Shown here in pieces: positions 1 through 13,200 of a DNA stretch of 64,000 nucleotides. This DNA is from Paraphysomonas bandaiensis (taxonomy: Eukaryota > Protista > Chrysophyceae), in contig CBFFRP010000366.1 of the NCBI GenBank assembly GCA_965644295.1, forward strand, positions 1 through 64,000, read 5' to 3'. A model generated the notes under the pieces. It was not told the DNA's origin. It made no database searches and saw nothing but the letters and a program-made list of their open reading frames with translations. How positions within the stretch are numbered: position 1 is the first letter of the stretch; each line of letters opens with the position of its first letter. The translations under genes were made by a program, and so were the position numbers.

Positions 1-89
1 ATGTTCTATTGACTGTATAATGTATAACGTATAACGTTATGTCAATCTAATATCTAAGACCTGATAATATTGACTGGTAGCAGTGAGAG

Positions 90-169
90 CAGGGCCTGGT
101 AACCGTTAATGGTAATGGGCCATTAATGGTAATGCCATTATAATTGCCGGGAATGGTTACCAGACCCGG
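90..169. mobile_element. Very short MITE-like inverted-repeat element
   Basis: cagggcctggtaaccgtt (90-107) is an imperfect inverted repeat of aatggttaccagacccgg (152-169). Internal direct repeat ttaatggtaatg x2. No clear TSD. Confidence 0.35.
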
Positions 170-685
170 AATGAGTGATTAAGAGATGTTGATCACAACT
201 TAATAATTAATTATCGAGAAAGTGTTTAAAGTTCAGTGATCTAAAATACAAAATAATATCCCATTCCAATAATGTCAGTTTCAAATTAAATATACACATC
301 TACATTCTAAGTACACCAGGCTATTACATTAATTGTCAAAACAATATGTATTAAATTAGAATCCAAGAATCCAAAACGAAAAATATAAACACTAAAACTA
401 AAAAATTAGTGACTTTGTGACCTCAATATTCTCGTTGTGGTTTACAAATATCAAATACATTCAAATTATTGATTTCTTTCAAACAATGTGTTAGTGATTC
501 ATTTTCAACACATTTTGATTCACTTTTTCTTTCTTCATGTCCCTTAAGTAATATATATGAATAACATGCCGAATGAACATGTCGCAAACTTACCTGGCGA
601 TGTTCCGAGAAATCAGATATGCCCTGAATAGACTTGGACAGGATATTACATTTTTCCGTCCATTTTTGTGTTGGATGCAGAGTCA

Positions 686-3615
686 TTATTCCCGGTCCAA
701 AAACAAGGACGATCTAAGTACCTTTGCAGTAGCGATGCTGCTAATAATTCCACTATTTTTTTTCGCCTGTTCCCCTCCACTGCGAAGACGGTAAAGCCGG
801 TCCCGCAGTGTGCCTTGAGATAGAACCTGCTGTGCCAGAAGGCAATTGTGGGCGGCTAGCAGAGGATGGAGAAGGGTTCCACTTTCTTCGTCAAGTTGTT
901 CACTTGCATTCATATTGTAGAGTCGCTCAAATGGGTCCTCGATAGGGATAAACTGCTCGGTAAAGCCTTGTAGTACACATCAAAATTAGTTATTTGTTCC
1001 TGGCAAATGCTGTGGGCGTACCTTCTGAATACTTTCAAACTCCAATTCAAACGCAGGGCAATCGAGCATTATTTCCATCAACTGATGTCTGTCAATAGAA
1101 CCTGGTCGCTTAGCCTCCACGCCAGACAGAGAACTCCTGAGCTTGAATCAGCTGGTGTGCTCACTACAAGCCCCTCTTCGCTCAACGATAAATACGGTGC
1201 GAGTCATCCACCTCAGACGGTATTTATCAACATCACCTAGTAAGCGATCATATATACGCCACACTTCGCAGCCGTATAATTTGTGGAGGGAGCGCAAATA
1301 CGAGCAGACAAACATTACCAGCCCACTAATGAGTTGTAAGCTATAAAACGGCCTCCGGAGTCGACATAGTTTCCAACGGAAAAGCCAGCCAGAAATCTTC
1401 CATTGCGAGTACCATTGGAAGGGATAACACTGCTTCCTGGCGCCAAATGACGACAAAGTGTTTCCTGTGCAACGCTTAATTAATATATATTCAAACAAGT
1501 ACAACAAAAATATTAAATACATCGGCACGTTTAATCAGAGCAATGGCAAGTCATACTTGTAGGCTCCATACGGCCTTTACTGGCAGCATGGCACTGCCCT
1601 CCAATCTCCCCTGCATGTGAACATAGCACACTGAAGATCGCATCGTGAAGTATCACATTCCGCTGCTGTAAAACAGAATTCGCGATAGCCGTTTCGTCGT
1701 TGCTGCTCCACGATGGACGTCCTCAGAGCCGCATGAACCTCCGAGTTACGCACCCGTGTAAGGGAAATAAGCGCGCTCTCAGCACATGCGTGAGGGTACA
1801 AAAAACAATGGAAAGAGAGTGAGAGATAGCGTTGTATCGGCCGTCCATGGACTGAATGTATACACACAGTTGACAAGTATCCTGTAAATAAGAACAACTG
1901 TACAGAGTTGACAGTAAAGAATGACTGTGAGGGAATGACGGAGGAGACTTCTTCCTGTTCCCTACCCAATTCTGAAGAACCTTGGCCGAGTACAGAGAGT
2001 ATCACAAAGGCGTTCCATGACCAGACACGCCGAATACAAGAGAAGTATCCTGGATACACCTAGAAGTGCCGTCGGATCGGACTGTCGTCGTCCCTCCACT
2101 ACTGAGAGCGCCCTACACAATTTCTGTGGCTAGGGATGCAGTGAATCGCACTAGGCGGTCCGCCCGAGCTATCCACGACGCATCACACAATGCGGTGCTT
2201 TGAATTAAATCCAGAAGTGCGTTGTCTCTCTCTCTTGCTCGACTGTCTTCCTCATTGGCTGACGAGTACGACACCGCCTCGGCCCAAGGAAACTTCATGG
2301 TTTTGCTATTGCAAGTCTCTATCATCTTGGGCCATATCGCGGAGAACGTCTCGAAGATGCCTTGCACAGAAGTTGAGTACAATAATCAGATTTCCCCAGT
2401 CGCTTTCTAAGAATGCAAGAAGAGGGTAGAAATCACCCGATAGAGAAGACTGTATCGGAGTACGGCAGCAGCACAGGAGGTGATTTTCGTCAAGATCTCA
2501 CATCGCTTCCACCAGTGTGCGGTGCACCTGCTTCTGACCCGCGCTCCGAACGCAGCTGAATATACCATATTTAAAATATTCACGCTCTATGCGACTACTA
2601 CTTAGCACAGCACTTATCGAAAACCAGAATATATACTATACAAGTGCAAACTATTACTACAGTGATACTCACTTGAACTTCATCAATGCGTGGTGTGAAA
2701 GAACATGGCCTCACAGTAGATGGCGATGGAGATGAGTTAGCTTCAGGGAGGGCAAGGATAGTCATATTCCGCGCGTGTGATACGAGAACATGGCTAGTGG
2801 AGCCTGGTGCCAGCCAAGCTTAGCAGAAGAAAGTGTAAATATATTTCCAGTATAGACTGTATAGGCTCCAGGGGCTCCCATGCATTAATGTGTCGAACAC
2901 TGAAATAAGGGCAGCAACTATGTGCACCACAGTGGTGGGGGAGGGGTTCATAGATAAAGCAAAGAAGACAAGAACGAGCTGCAGAATAAGGGGTCAGGGT
3001 GCCATCATCGTCAATGAACAGCTCTTCTGTTGAATGACCGGTCTCAGACTTGTAGTGATCAAATACTACAGCAACTATACTATGTAAACATTTCTCCAGT
3101 TCACCAGTCCGTGGGGATAGTACACCAATTAAGGATGACATAAATCTCAATCCTATTGTGGCTAAATCAGCAGATTGTGACAAAAATTTTGCGCGGTTGC
3201 AAAGGTTTTCTATAGGGTTCACGAATTGCCCAATATCACAAGCATCACAGCAGTCCGTATAATCTAAAAACGCATCATAGGCTATAGATAAATATGCTAA
3301 CTCATCACTATGCATTAACAGCAGTATAGTGCGGGATATATACACCTCTATCACCTCTGATAGATCAGTGTACATAGCAGCTCTACACAGAGCCCTGAAT
3401 GCATCAATCCCCACACGAACATTGTCTAGTTTAGACTTCCCGTAATCTTTTTTTATTCTAGCCTCTAGTTTACGGCATGTGAGATGCAGTTTCCGGGGAT
3501 ACATCACACTGTATTCCACCAGAGCCTTTATACGTGAAGCACTCGAAGCAGGGGGATAGATGCTGTTGAGAAGCCTTGAGGAGGTGGAGGGACGACAGCA
3601 GGGAGAAGACAACAT
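686..3615 (-). CDS. EFR3: EFR3-family (PI4K-anchoring ARM-repeat) protein, multi-exon
   Basis: ATG at 3615 gives MLSSPCCRP..LLNSIYP..LVEYSVMYPRKLHLTCRKLEARIKKD..NVRVGIDAFRALC, matching the EFR3 N-terminal Cys cluster and first helical motifs. Downstream minus-strand ORF pieces (2113-2382, 686-913) are separated by short GT-AG introns. Exact exon structure and 3' end not fully resolved. Confidence 0.7.
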
Positions 3616-4178
3616 TCGGTCATAATGAGGTGTGAAGGGGTGGGAGAGGGATGCAGATTTATGTATGTTTAGTTTATAGTTCGATATCATGCACACCTGC
3701 CGGTCTATACAATCAGATATGATTATACACAACTGTATTGGGGGATGTATATGTACAGTGCATGTATGTAGTATGTTGTATGATATACAGTAGAATTCAT
3801 CAGGTAGGCTCGAAAAATAACCTAAAATTGTGCATTTTGGGGGTAAATTTGCAAGTAATTTCCCTCAATAATATAGGGCCCCCAAAAAGAGCTACAGAGG
3901 TCATACACTCGTACAAAGAATCTAGGGTCCTAAAAATCCGGGTATTTGGTAACTGGCTACAGAGTATTACAATATAGAATTTAGAAATGCAGGATTTTGG
4001 GAAATGTATATGCATATATTACATCACTATGACATTGCCCGCATTGATGATCATAACCAAGGGGCGAGGTGTTCCTCCCTATGATCTCAGAGACAACAAT
4101 ACAAGAGGTACGACACACATGATGGTAGCATAAGGCGAATACAGCATTAGCTGAAGCCCCTACAGCAACCAGTGTGGC

Positions 4179-4262
4179 TATGTATGTATGTATGTATGTA
4201 TGTATGTATATATGGGTTAGGGAGCATACACACACTATGTATGTGTATATATATGTATGTAT
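4179..4262. repeat. (TATG)n microsatellite, short and imperfect
   Basis: Visible tatgtatgtatg run. Confidence 0.8.
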
Positions 4263-5069
4263 TCCACTAATTGTCTCATAGCATTGACATCAGCCTGTAT
4301 GTACAGGACGATGACTACGACTGAGGTCTTATATATAGATTACAAGTATGATATTCCAGCTATGGATGGTTTGTAGAGAGGATTTTATCAAAGAATTCAC
4401 CCCACTCGAAGTCATCCACAGAACACTTGCAATGTATGTATCACTGAATTGTATGATGATCATATATAGCTTCTTTTGTGTGGCGAGTTCTACATCTTAA
4501 GCCTTATAGCATGTATATCACCAGTTAATTAATGTACGTACAATACATATGTATGTATACATGCTTGTAAGTATTTTGCATCACTAACTTATAGGCTATG
4601 ATACAGACAATATCACGACTCACAACTGGGGAGTACTCACAGATACTCCGCACCATGAATTACGAAAAGAGGTGCGTATTAGTTGTGGCATGATGTATGT
4701 ATTATAATATAGTAACGTATGATACTATGTATTACATACAATACCTTTTATATGTGATAAATATGGTATAGTATATTGCCAGCAAGACGACGCTGGGTGA
4801 TATGTAATTGATGTAGGATGACGAAACATCTCAGACTCTTTCTTGGCAACAAGCTTCGGATATGCTGGGAGTGGAAGTGTAATTTGCGTGTTTAGTTGTG
4901 TGTGGTGCAAAATCTCTGTTACCCCATGTTTGATGTAGTTATTAGTTACGTGTTAATATATTTGGTTGTATGATATGTGCTTTGCTCCATATAGTAGTAA
5001 TTTACTTTAAAGTGCCGAACTATATCATTACTTTTACGTTTTAACTGTCTTTTAGAAAGTAGTAAACGT

Positions 5070-5260
5070 GACTCACTGTCATCTAAACTGTTCCATGTAC
5101 TTTCATATGTACCGTGGTATAAAATGTCATATGTACTGTTGCATGCACTCTCATATGAACTGTCATACGAAATGCCGATTAACTATTGCGTGCACTGTCA
5201 TCTAAACTGTTGCATAAAATGTCATATGAACTGCCGATGGACTGTAATATGAACTGCCTC
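5070..5260. repeat. Cluster of short degenerate direct repeats (ctgtcatctaaactgtt x2; catatg[a/t]actg about x5)
   Basis: Repeated motifs visible at about 5077, 5104, 5128, 5153, 5195 and 5223. Confidence 0.55.
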
Positions 5261-5695
5261 TATTTTACCGGATATTTTTTACTGAGTTGTAGAAACATTT
5301 TCTTCATCCATAATGTAGTCACCTCCGTTACCAATACATACGACCAAAAACTTAAATCAAAGTATCATTCGAATGCTCTCCAGTATGAGAGTGGTACAAT
5401 GACGAGACTACTGGTGGTTCTCCATGTATGTCTCGTATCCACCATTCAGAATAGTCTTATCATGCCGCCGAAATACCTTTCTGTCATCGTGCATAGACGC
5501 TTTGAGACCACCTTCTGAGCGTTTTCGAACGCTGTTCTCTGCCTTATTCTCAGTGATATGTAACAATTGGACCGTAAGTATAATGATATGATTCCACTCT
5601 TCTAAGACATGTATACCATACCACTATACAGTGTACTACTACATACATAATCCACGAGACAGTACATATATTTCCTAAAATCCTAAAATTATTTA

Positions 5696-6204
5696 AGTAT
5701 GTGTAAAGCTTGCGCCAAATCAAAGATGACAAGAAAATCATTCACGGTGAAGAGGGACGACGAGCTACAAGCCACGAAGTTCCTCGAGAAGGATTCTGTG
5801 GATATTGCTGTATATTTCAATTGTCCTCTTCCAGACAGGGATATAGGTATGTCCTAACGTTATCAGATATTGCCACCAAGGAGTTTTGGGAATATCCGTT
5901 GAAGGCGCGGTCTGCTAATGAGGTGTTGAGTTGAGTGAAGGACTGGGTTGAGTGTGAACTCCCCATATGTCCCGATTCACACTGGCTGATACAGTATCAT
6001 TCGGGTGGAGGTGCTGAACTGATCGACAATCCATTCAGCAATACTTAATTAGCAAGTTCGAGACCCAGCAACACCTGGAGCTCTACGGACAGCCCTGAGA
6101 TGAATGGTGTATCTGAGCGTCGGTATCGCACATTGGGAGAAATCAAACTGGCTCTGTTAATGGGCTGAAGACTTTCCGTAATATTTTGGTGGACACTTAC
6201 ATAT
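5696..6204 (+). pseudogene. Ty1/Copia retrotransposon integrase remnant
   Basis: Frameshifted reading gives C..CAKSKMTRKSF...FLEKxSVDIAVYFNCPSRQGYRYVLTLSDIATKEFWEYPLK...YHSGGGAEL...PEMNGVSERRYRTL, resembling the zinc-finger end and D,D35E core of Copia integrase. Contains stops and frameshifts. Confidence 0.8.
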
Positions 6205-8760
6205 ATACTTGACGAAAAAAAACTCACAGAAAAACCTACCGAAAAAATCTACCTCACAGTTTTTTTTGGGTGTGTGAGGTAGGTTTCAAAATTCGTGAAT
6301 TTGAGCACCCAAAAACCTCCTGATTCCACTTGACCTCACACCCCAGATCTAGATATGTGACCTCACATTGGAGTCTTGTTAACTCTACATATTACTATAT
6401 ATGGAGAGAAATATTAATGGAGCAATGAGCTAATATTGATGGGGAGCAAGACACAATAGCTGGAGACTTGGGGTTGCAAACAGATTTGGAGGGCAAGGTC
6501 TTTCACACCCACACTTGTCCAGGTCTGAGAGAACAATATGCACTCTAGGCTGCATAACCCAAGCCAGGAATGCAAGTTATCCACGGCGAGAGTAATATTG
6601 TTGGATAGGCGCTATAGCATATCATTGAAGGGCACTGTGAGTGGTGTGTTGTTGAGTGTAAGACCAACCCCAGTGTGAACACAACTCTCCGAATGCCCAG
6701 ACCAATCCGACTCCAGTCGAACGCACTGGCCACTTTGCCCAACCTAGGGAAAGGAAGGTTAGAAACGTTTTGTGTGCCTCTAGCTATCCCAAACCTTGTA
6801 CTCATTAGGCTTGAACAATACTATAGAATTATCTTAGCTTTGTGTCGAGACACTTGTCAGTCTAAGTAGATCGTGCAGAGTGTGTCGTACACTGCAATCC
6901 AGGTAGTAGCATAGTGGTATAAGGATGTAGAGATAATAATGACAATGTTAATGTACAGTATAGTATGTAGTACATGTATAATATATATACATATCTGTGT
7001 GTATGGCAGAGCTTGCGGTATCATATATCATATAAGATCCCTAATGACGCACAATCATACTACTGCACATTATACTATGTAGGTTGATATGTACCTGTAT
7101 GTATCTAGCAGTACCATATAAAATCCTAATTGCACTGTTCGACTATTCGATTACAAATTGATATAACTAAAAGTTCATTGTTCCAAACTCGGTCAACACA
7201 TCAACCCTTACCACCGCGGACCGTGGATATCATGATATCCGAAACTGATACGACAGCAGTACTGTATTTTCCTCATAGTCATGTTATTCAGTAGATCTTG
7301 ATTCATAGAGAGTTGATACTCATCATAATTGTATCTATTCAAGCATAAGAATATACGAAATACGAATACACAAATAGAGAGCTCATAGCATAGAGTAACT
7401 CGATAGCTGGTTATTAGTAAAACATATAATATCCTGTTTTCTTAGGAGCCAATTCTTTTGAATTGTATATCGAGTTATAGTAGTCATTATTTTTACTCTT
7501 ATATTTACTGCGGTAGTGCTACAGGAATTGGAAGGATAATGAAAGAAGTAGTTTTTGATTGTCGAAGTGCTCCGGGTTTTATAGCATGACAGAGTAACTA
7601 CTATACGGTGATGTGATAAACACGATGTCATCACGTAAACTGTGATTTATACATTATTCATGTGAACAATCCTGTTCAAGCACTTAATGAGGAAAGGCCG
7701 AACCTCGTACAGTTGGGAGTTTATACGTTTAAACAGTATTTTAAAAAGTACAAGCACTTAATGAGGAAAGGCCGAACCTCGTACAGTTGGGAGTTTATAC
7801 GTTGAAACAGTATTTTAAAAGTACGACTTCAATTGCATAGATAATGCATGGATACACAACAGCGGACACAAATATGAGGAAAGTAAGAGACCTAGACTCC
7901 GTGTTTACGATACTGTGACTATATAGTACGCCTCGGTTACTCTTAGCTTTGAGTATTAACTGAAGTGGCTTGGATGAGGTGTCATCAAATTTGATACTGG
8001 ACGTTATATGCCGAAACCCAGATTCAAGAACAAGCTGTGAAGGATATCCCCTTCATGTCAGATAAGGAATCTCTTGCAAATCACTATGTACGCTGGAATC
8101 TCTTGCAAATCTAATCAGGGTACGAGGACTTCCTCGTTGATATTAATTCTCTGCGAAGTGCTTTTTGATAGAGAAACGGATCCAGTGAGCATATGTGAGT
8201 ATGATATTAGATTTAATTTAAACTTTCCATGCAGGCTTTGGGTGGTTGAGCTACCCACGAAAGAAGTTCAAGATGTTGTGACTTCTAGATATTATCATTC
8301 CAAGTTTCGATAAGGCGCCATGGAAAAAGAACTCTTCCCAAGTTTTTCTATCAGGTGACAATATCTTACTGCTGTTCTTACTCCAAACAAACGCTATCTT
8401 GAATGTAAAAGATATAGGAAGCTTTTATCTGGAAAATCGTCCAGTATCTCACCAGGATATGTCACAATAATCACAATTAGACTCAGTATTATCCCACAAG
8501 AGGGTTTCCAAGTCTTCGCTATTACTATTTGTCATGGTTAGTGATGCTATAATCATATATAGATGGTTATAGTGGCTCTCTGTGTGATTGGAATGAAAAT
8601 CGGTAGGTCAAACTGTGAGGTCACTTTTCCCAACCTCACAGGTGGGAAAACTAACCTCACCTCACAAAATCGTGAGGTAGGTTTTGAAAAAAAATTGTGA
8701 GGTAGGTCAACAGGGAGGTCAAATTGGTAGGTTTTTTGTGAGGTTTTTTTCGTCAAATAT
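6205..8760 (-). mobile_element. DNA transposon with ~35-bp TIRs and a decayed PIF/Harbinger-like transposase
   Basis: Left atacttgacgaaaaaaaactcacagaaaaacctacc and right ggtaggttttttgtgaggtttttttcgtcaaatat are inverted repeats, with many subterminal acctcaca/tgtgaggt motifs. Degenerate minus-strand pieces (DIHGP about 7225; WAFGEL..HW about 6685; PIQQYY/LAVDNLHSW about 6590) resemble the DDE_Tnp_4 C-terminus. TIRs are secure; the superfamily call is tentative. Confidence 0.65.
7677..7823. repeat. Tandem duplication, 2 x ~74 bp
   Basis: caagcacttaatgaggaaaggccgaacc...aaagta starts at both 7677 and 7751. Confidence 0.9.
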
Positions 8761-8769
8761 GGCTGTTAA

Positions 8770-9109
8770 GTAGCGGTTGTGTGTTGCAACACAGTGTGGC
8801 ATGGATGACGTTGTGTGAGTGCAGCTCTACAGTTTTTTTCAAATATTATAACTCTGTTGTGACTTCTTGTTTGTTTATCTATACTTGAGTACTAGCGACC
8901 TGACACCACTAGCGGTGGTGTTTGCGTGCTGGTTCTTCGCGGGAGTCAGTCACTCGAGTATAGTTGATCTGAACAAAAGTTTTCTTGTAATAATATCACA
9001 TCTTTGGTTTCATTTACTTGATACCCATATAGTGATAGTAGTTTAGTGTTGTCACGAGCCATAGTCTTGGTTATCAAACCACACTGTGAGTCACAGCTGA
9101 GTTGTCATA
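8770..9109. mobile_element. Terminal fragment of the element family inserted at 47687-48874 (opposite orientation)
   Basis: Reverse complement aligns by eye with about 47704-48045 (e.g. actcgagtgactgactcccgcgaagaa, gcacgcaaacaccaccgctagt, ggtttgataaccaagactatggctcgtga). Ends in GTCATA like that element. Confidence 0.8.
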
Positions 9110-9181
9110 GTAATTAATAAATGACAACTCAGCCGTGACTCACAGTGTGGTTTGATAACCAAGACTACGGCTCGTGATAAC
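9048..9181. repeat. Long hairpin: 61-bp arms, 12-nt spacer
   Basis: 9048-9108 and 9121-9181 are near-perfect reverse complements (about 3 mismatches). Confidence 0.9.
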
Positions 9182-9299
9182 AAAACTGTTAGCAGGTTAC
9201 GTAAGTAAAGTAACTTAGGTTATCACTTAAATCTGAAAATTATAAAATTATAAAATTATAGGAGATATCATTCATCATTCATTGTCATTCACCAACTCG

Positions 9300-9522
9300 T
9301 TTTATCTCTACTACACCGAACATTTCTAGTACGCTAGTACGATCTCACATCATCACTACCTTGTACAGTCAATATATTTCAGTTTCAGTACTACAATAGC
9401 TATCACATCACTGGTTCTCATATTACGGTTAGCTACTACTGTATTCTTTGAGTAACGGCTATAATTCAAATATCTTAGAAACTACAGCTTTTAATTTATC
9501 AAAAAACAGCAAAACTCAACAG
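9300..9522. repeat. Dispersed repeat, inverted homologue of about 29935-30090
   Basis: Shared blocks ttatctctacta, catttctagtacg, ctactgtattct, aatatcttagaa-tacagcttttaatt, aaacagcaaaactcaaca. Confidence 0.7.
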
Positions 9523-10290
9523 TATAAGCTGCAATTGTTTGGGTATAACATACCGACTGCGTATATATATTTTCCCAGATGCAGTTGGTAGGTACTTCTC
9601 AACATAGCCCCATCTAAATACGGCACTTCATAAACCATTTTACCGTTCACAATTGTAGTAAACCTTCCAACGCCCCGCAAGCAATTTTGTACATAGCATA
9701 ATATATAGCCTCTTCCAGTTCTTTATTTACACTTTATCATGAAATCGAACTGGCAATGATACTCGCAAGAAAACTTCGTAACACTGTAGGCCGATGCTTA
9801 GAATGTACAAGGCAATAAATGACACCGGTAAAAATGCTTTACAAATATAGTTCGATGTTCTAAAGTAAAGAGCAACTCCAACAACTTTAGAACGCAAAAT
9901 TTCCATAAAGATATATATACTCCAAGCACGTAGAGAACAACAAAAGAATCATCAAACTTTACTCATACAATTACGACATATATTTACTATTAGAGAAACG
10001 TAATTAATTACATCTATCGCTATATATACGAAATAAAAAACTAACAACATGGTTTGCTGAACGTCACTATAGTTGACATACCACAACAATTGCGTCTCTG
10101 ATACGCATAACTCCATACCATTACGTACACAACACAACCACAAAAACACAATAATGTATATTTCTGTACCGCACTACACTCATTTCCTTGCATAGAACAA
10201 GCACTGGAAGCGCGGGAACTGTAACAAGAATCTCCTGATGCGTTCGTTTGACTGCATCGACGACTGATATTGTTTTAACCTATAAACTGG

Positions 10291-13200
10291 TTAGTTGCCT
10301 TCACTCTCACAATGAGATTCAGGTGACAAAATGCGAGATGTATGGCCTAAAAAGGCATCATCTTCCCACTGTATTTCCCCCATAACGTCGCCAAAACCCT
10401 CCAGCCCTGTCTCATTTTTAGTTTCCACAGTAGCATCCTCTCCATTCAGTGAACAGCTATCAATCGACATGATTGCATCTTTACTGAGTACCCACGAATC
10501 AGAAACAGATCTCTGGTTCATAAATCCACCCAATGAATTACTCGATTCCTCTAATTCAATTTTATCTTCATTGTGATTAAACTCTCCAGATTTTGTTCCT
10601 CCCACACAGTGTGTTGAAATATCATCCTGCTTTCGGAATTCCTGGCATTCTCTCAAACTTCCAATATGTAGAATCTGTTCCAACCATTCCGACACAACCC
10701 GGTCACCGAAGAAGTCTGATTCATCTCCTACCGGGCCAGGCCACCGCAACCCATTCTGCACCATATAAATCGAATCAGGATCATATTCATCACTATCCTC
10801 CCACGACACATGTCCATCATGCACCGTTCCAGTATCTGATGGAGCTGACGAACTCACACTTAAGTGTGCATGTTCAGAACCGCCACCTAGAACTATTCCT
10901 ATAGATCCCGTGCGCTCATCTTCACAGGTTGAAAGAGACGAACATCTTCGTATACGTGTAGTAATCTCGTTTGACGGAGAATGGGATTCTCTTTGCACCG
11001 TACCGACATTACTCTTCCTCGGCTCGTTGTCAAAATCGCTCTCAGCTTCAGCAGGATGCACACTACGAGGTGATACAGACGGCGGGTCAACTGAAACACT
11101 CTCGCTGGACGGAAGCGCGCCTGCGAAATCCAATCTAGTTGATCCTCTTCCTGAAATCGTCATAAAATGAAGTATGACAGCGACTGTCACACATGGAACA
11201 AAGGCTAACACTGGATTCAGTCTGAAGAGTCGTACGTGTAAGACAACTATATAACCCAATCCAAATGTACTGACAATCTCCAGGGCCATGTCTTGAATCG
11301 GTTCAGGCAGCTCAATCATACTCGTAACCGCAAATAACAGCACTCTACTGAAGGCTTGGGTCAAAAACTGAAACCTCGTATCGTAATTACGCTGCATCGA
11401 TCGGGTCTTGGTCTTCACTGATTTCTTCGGCCACGGTGTGGAATATTGCTCTATTAGTCTACTCTCTGGAAGATTTGGATACAATGATGCCAATCTAACG
11501 GAGGGGTAAAGATACCTAGCAGCGTTGAATCCGTCATCAGAAACACTCAAAAGAGATCTGTAATTTTTCGAATTTTGTTTGAATGAAACTATATCATGTG
11601 TCACTTTCCTTTTAATCTTCATGACATCTTTCATTGTCATAAATGGAATGACAATATGTTGAATAATTACCATACCAGTACAAACAAGTGTTACATTAAA
11701 TATAAGCCATACAACAAAACTGTAAAACCAAGCCTTCTGCCGAGTTTCTGTTTGTCGCATTGCGAATAGGTATATATACAGCAACATCGCAGCCGCCACC
11801 ACAGAGAGAAAAACCCACGTGCAAACTTTCGCAAATAGCGTAGCCTTTCTCTTGGGGACATTATCTCGGCGATCTTTAGCATCCAATATCTGACCATTTG
11901 CACTGTCCATAAGGTCCTTGATGAATAGGTAAACTAACCTCTTGTTCTTATCTTCTCTGGTTATACTTGGATTGCCAAAATATAAAGCTTCGCGCTGTAC
12001 ACGCTTACGAACATTACTCAACTCTGAGAGGATCACCGCTTGCCCAGTGTTTTCGGAATGCTCAGTAAAACTGGCGAATAATTTCGTTAGTTTCAAAATC
12101 ATGCTGTCTTTGACATCAGCAGTAAGTTCTTCCCCCCAAACACCTACAAAACAAAAGCACTATCAGCACAATATACACCACATCACAAAAATACTTACAA
12201 TCGAACTCCTCCCGCTCAGAATCCGATAGTACACTTCGAAATCGTTTGATATCGTTCAAAAGGCGGGCATAATCTTCATGAAGAGTAGATTCATATACAT
12301 TACCCGAAATTTCAACCATAGGGGCACTATTATTATATGATGTGGAATTCTCAATATGTGCTGCGTCATGACTGTCTCCACGCTCCAGTGTGCTAATTCT
12401 CGACAATTGTCGTCTCCGCTGTGCTATGCCCTCTTGTCTTCTCTCAGCCGATAAAATGAACATAATTAAACTTTGCAATGATATCGCTATCGGTGTACTA
12501 ATAGCTGCTGCAAATAGTGCTACCATGAGCACACGCTCGAAATCGTTACTTATCGGTCGAATAGAGCAACTTTCTTCCGCAGCATCCCAGTAACACTTAC
12601 TCTCACTTCTAGACAACGATGACTTCTCTTTCAAGCACTCTTTCCTACTAGTGTAGGTTTCACACGAACCATCATCAGGATCAGCGATGTCATAAGTGAT
12701 GGCCTCAATGAAGAGCATCGTCAGAATGTTCATAAGAAGTGACATGATACGGATGGGACGTGCATATGTCGGTGAATAATGACATACCACACCGATCCAG
12801 CGGTGATATATCTGTACTTCATTCGACACTTTCTTCCAGAGTGGAACTCGTCTCAATACCATCGGAAGTGCATCTTCGATCATCTGAACATCTTTATTAC
12901 TGACAGAGTTTTGAACCTTTGCTTGTGCCAACTTTGCCCTGCCAAATTGCGGCTGTACAGTTACATTACTGCTGGACCGAAACACGCGTGCAATTATCGC
13001 ATCCGTTAAGGAAGTTGACTTTGTTATTAACTGTCGACCGCTTCTACTGCTGCTGGGAGTAACTCTATTACGTCGTGATAAAAGTGATGACATCTTGTAA
13101 ATTCCTTCACTTTCTATACTCTTCACATAATCCTTTTCAGATGCTTTATCACGATTGTCCAAATGATAGGCACCTATAACAGAGAGTATTCCAAAAAGAC

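Noticed and set aside
3780-3980. Possible MITE upstream of EFR3 (starts TA|CAGTAG)
   Set aside because: No matching inverted terminus found.
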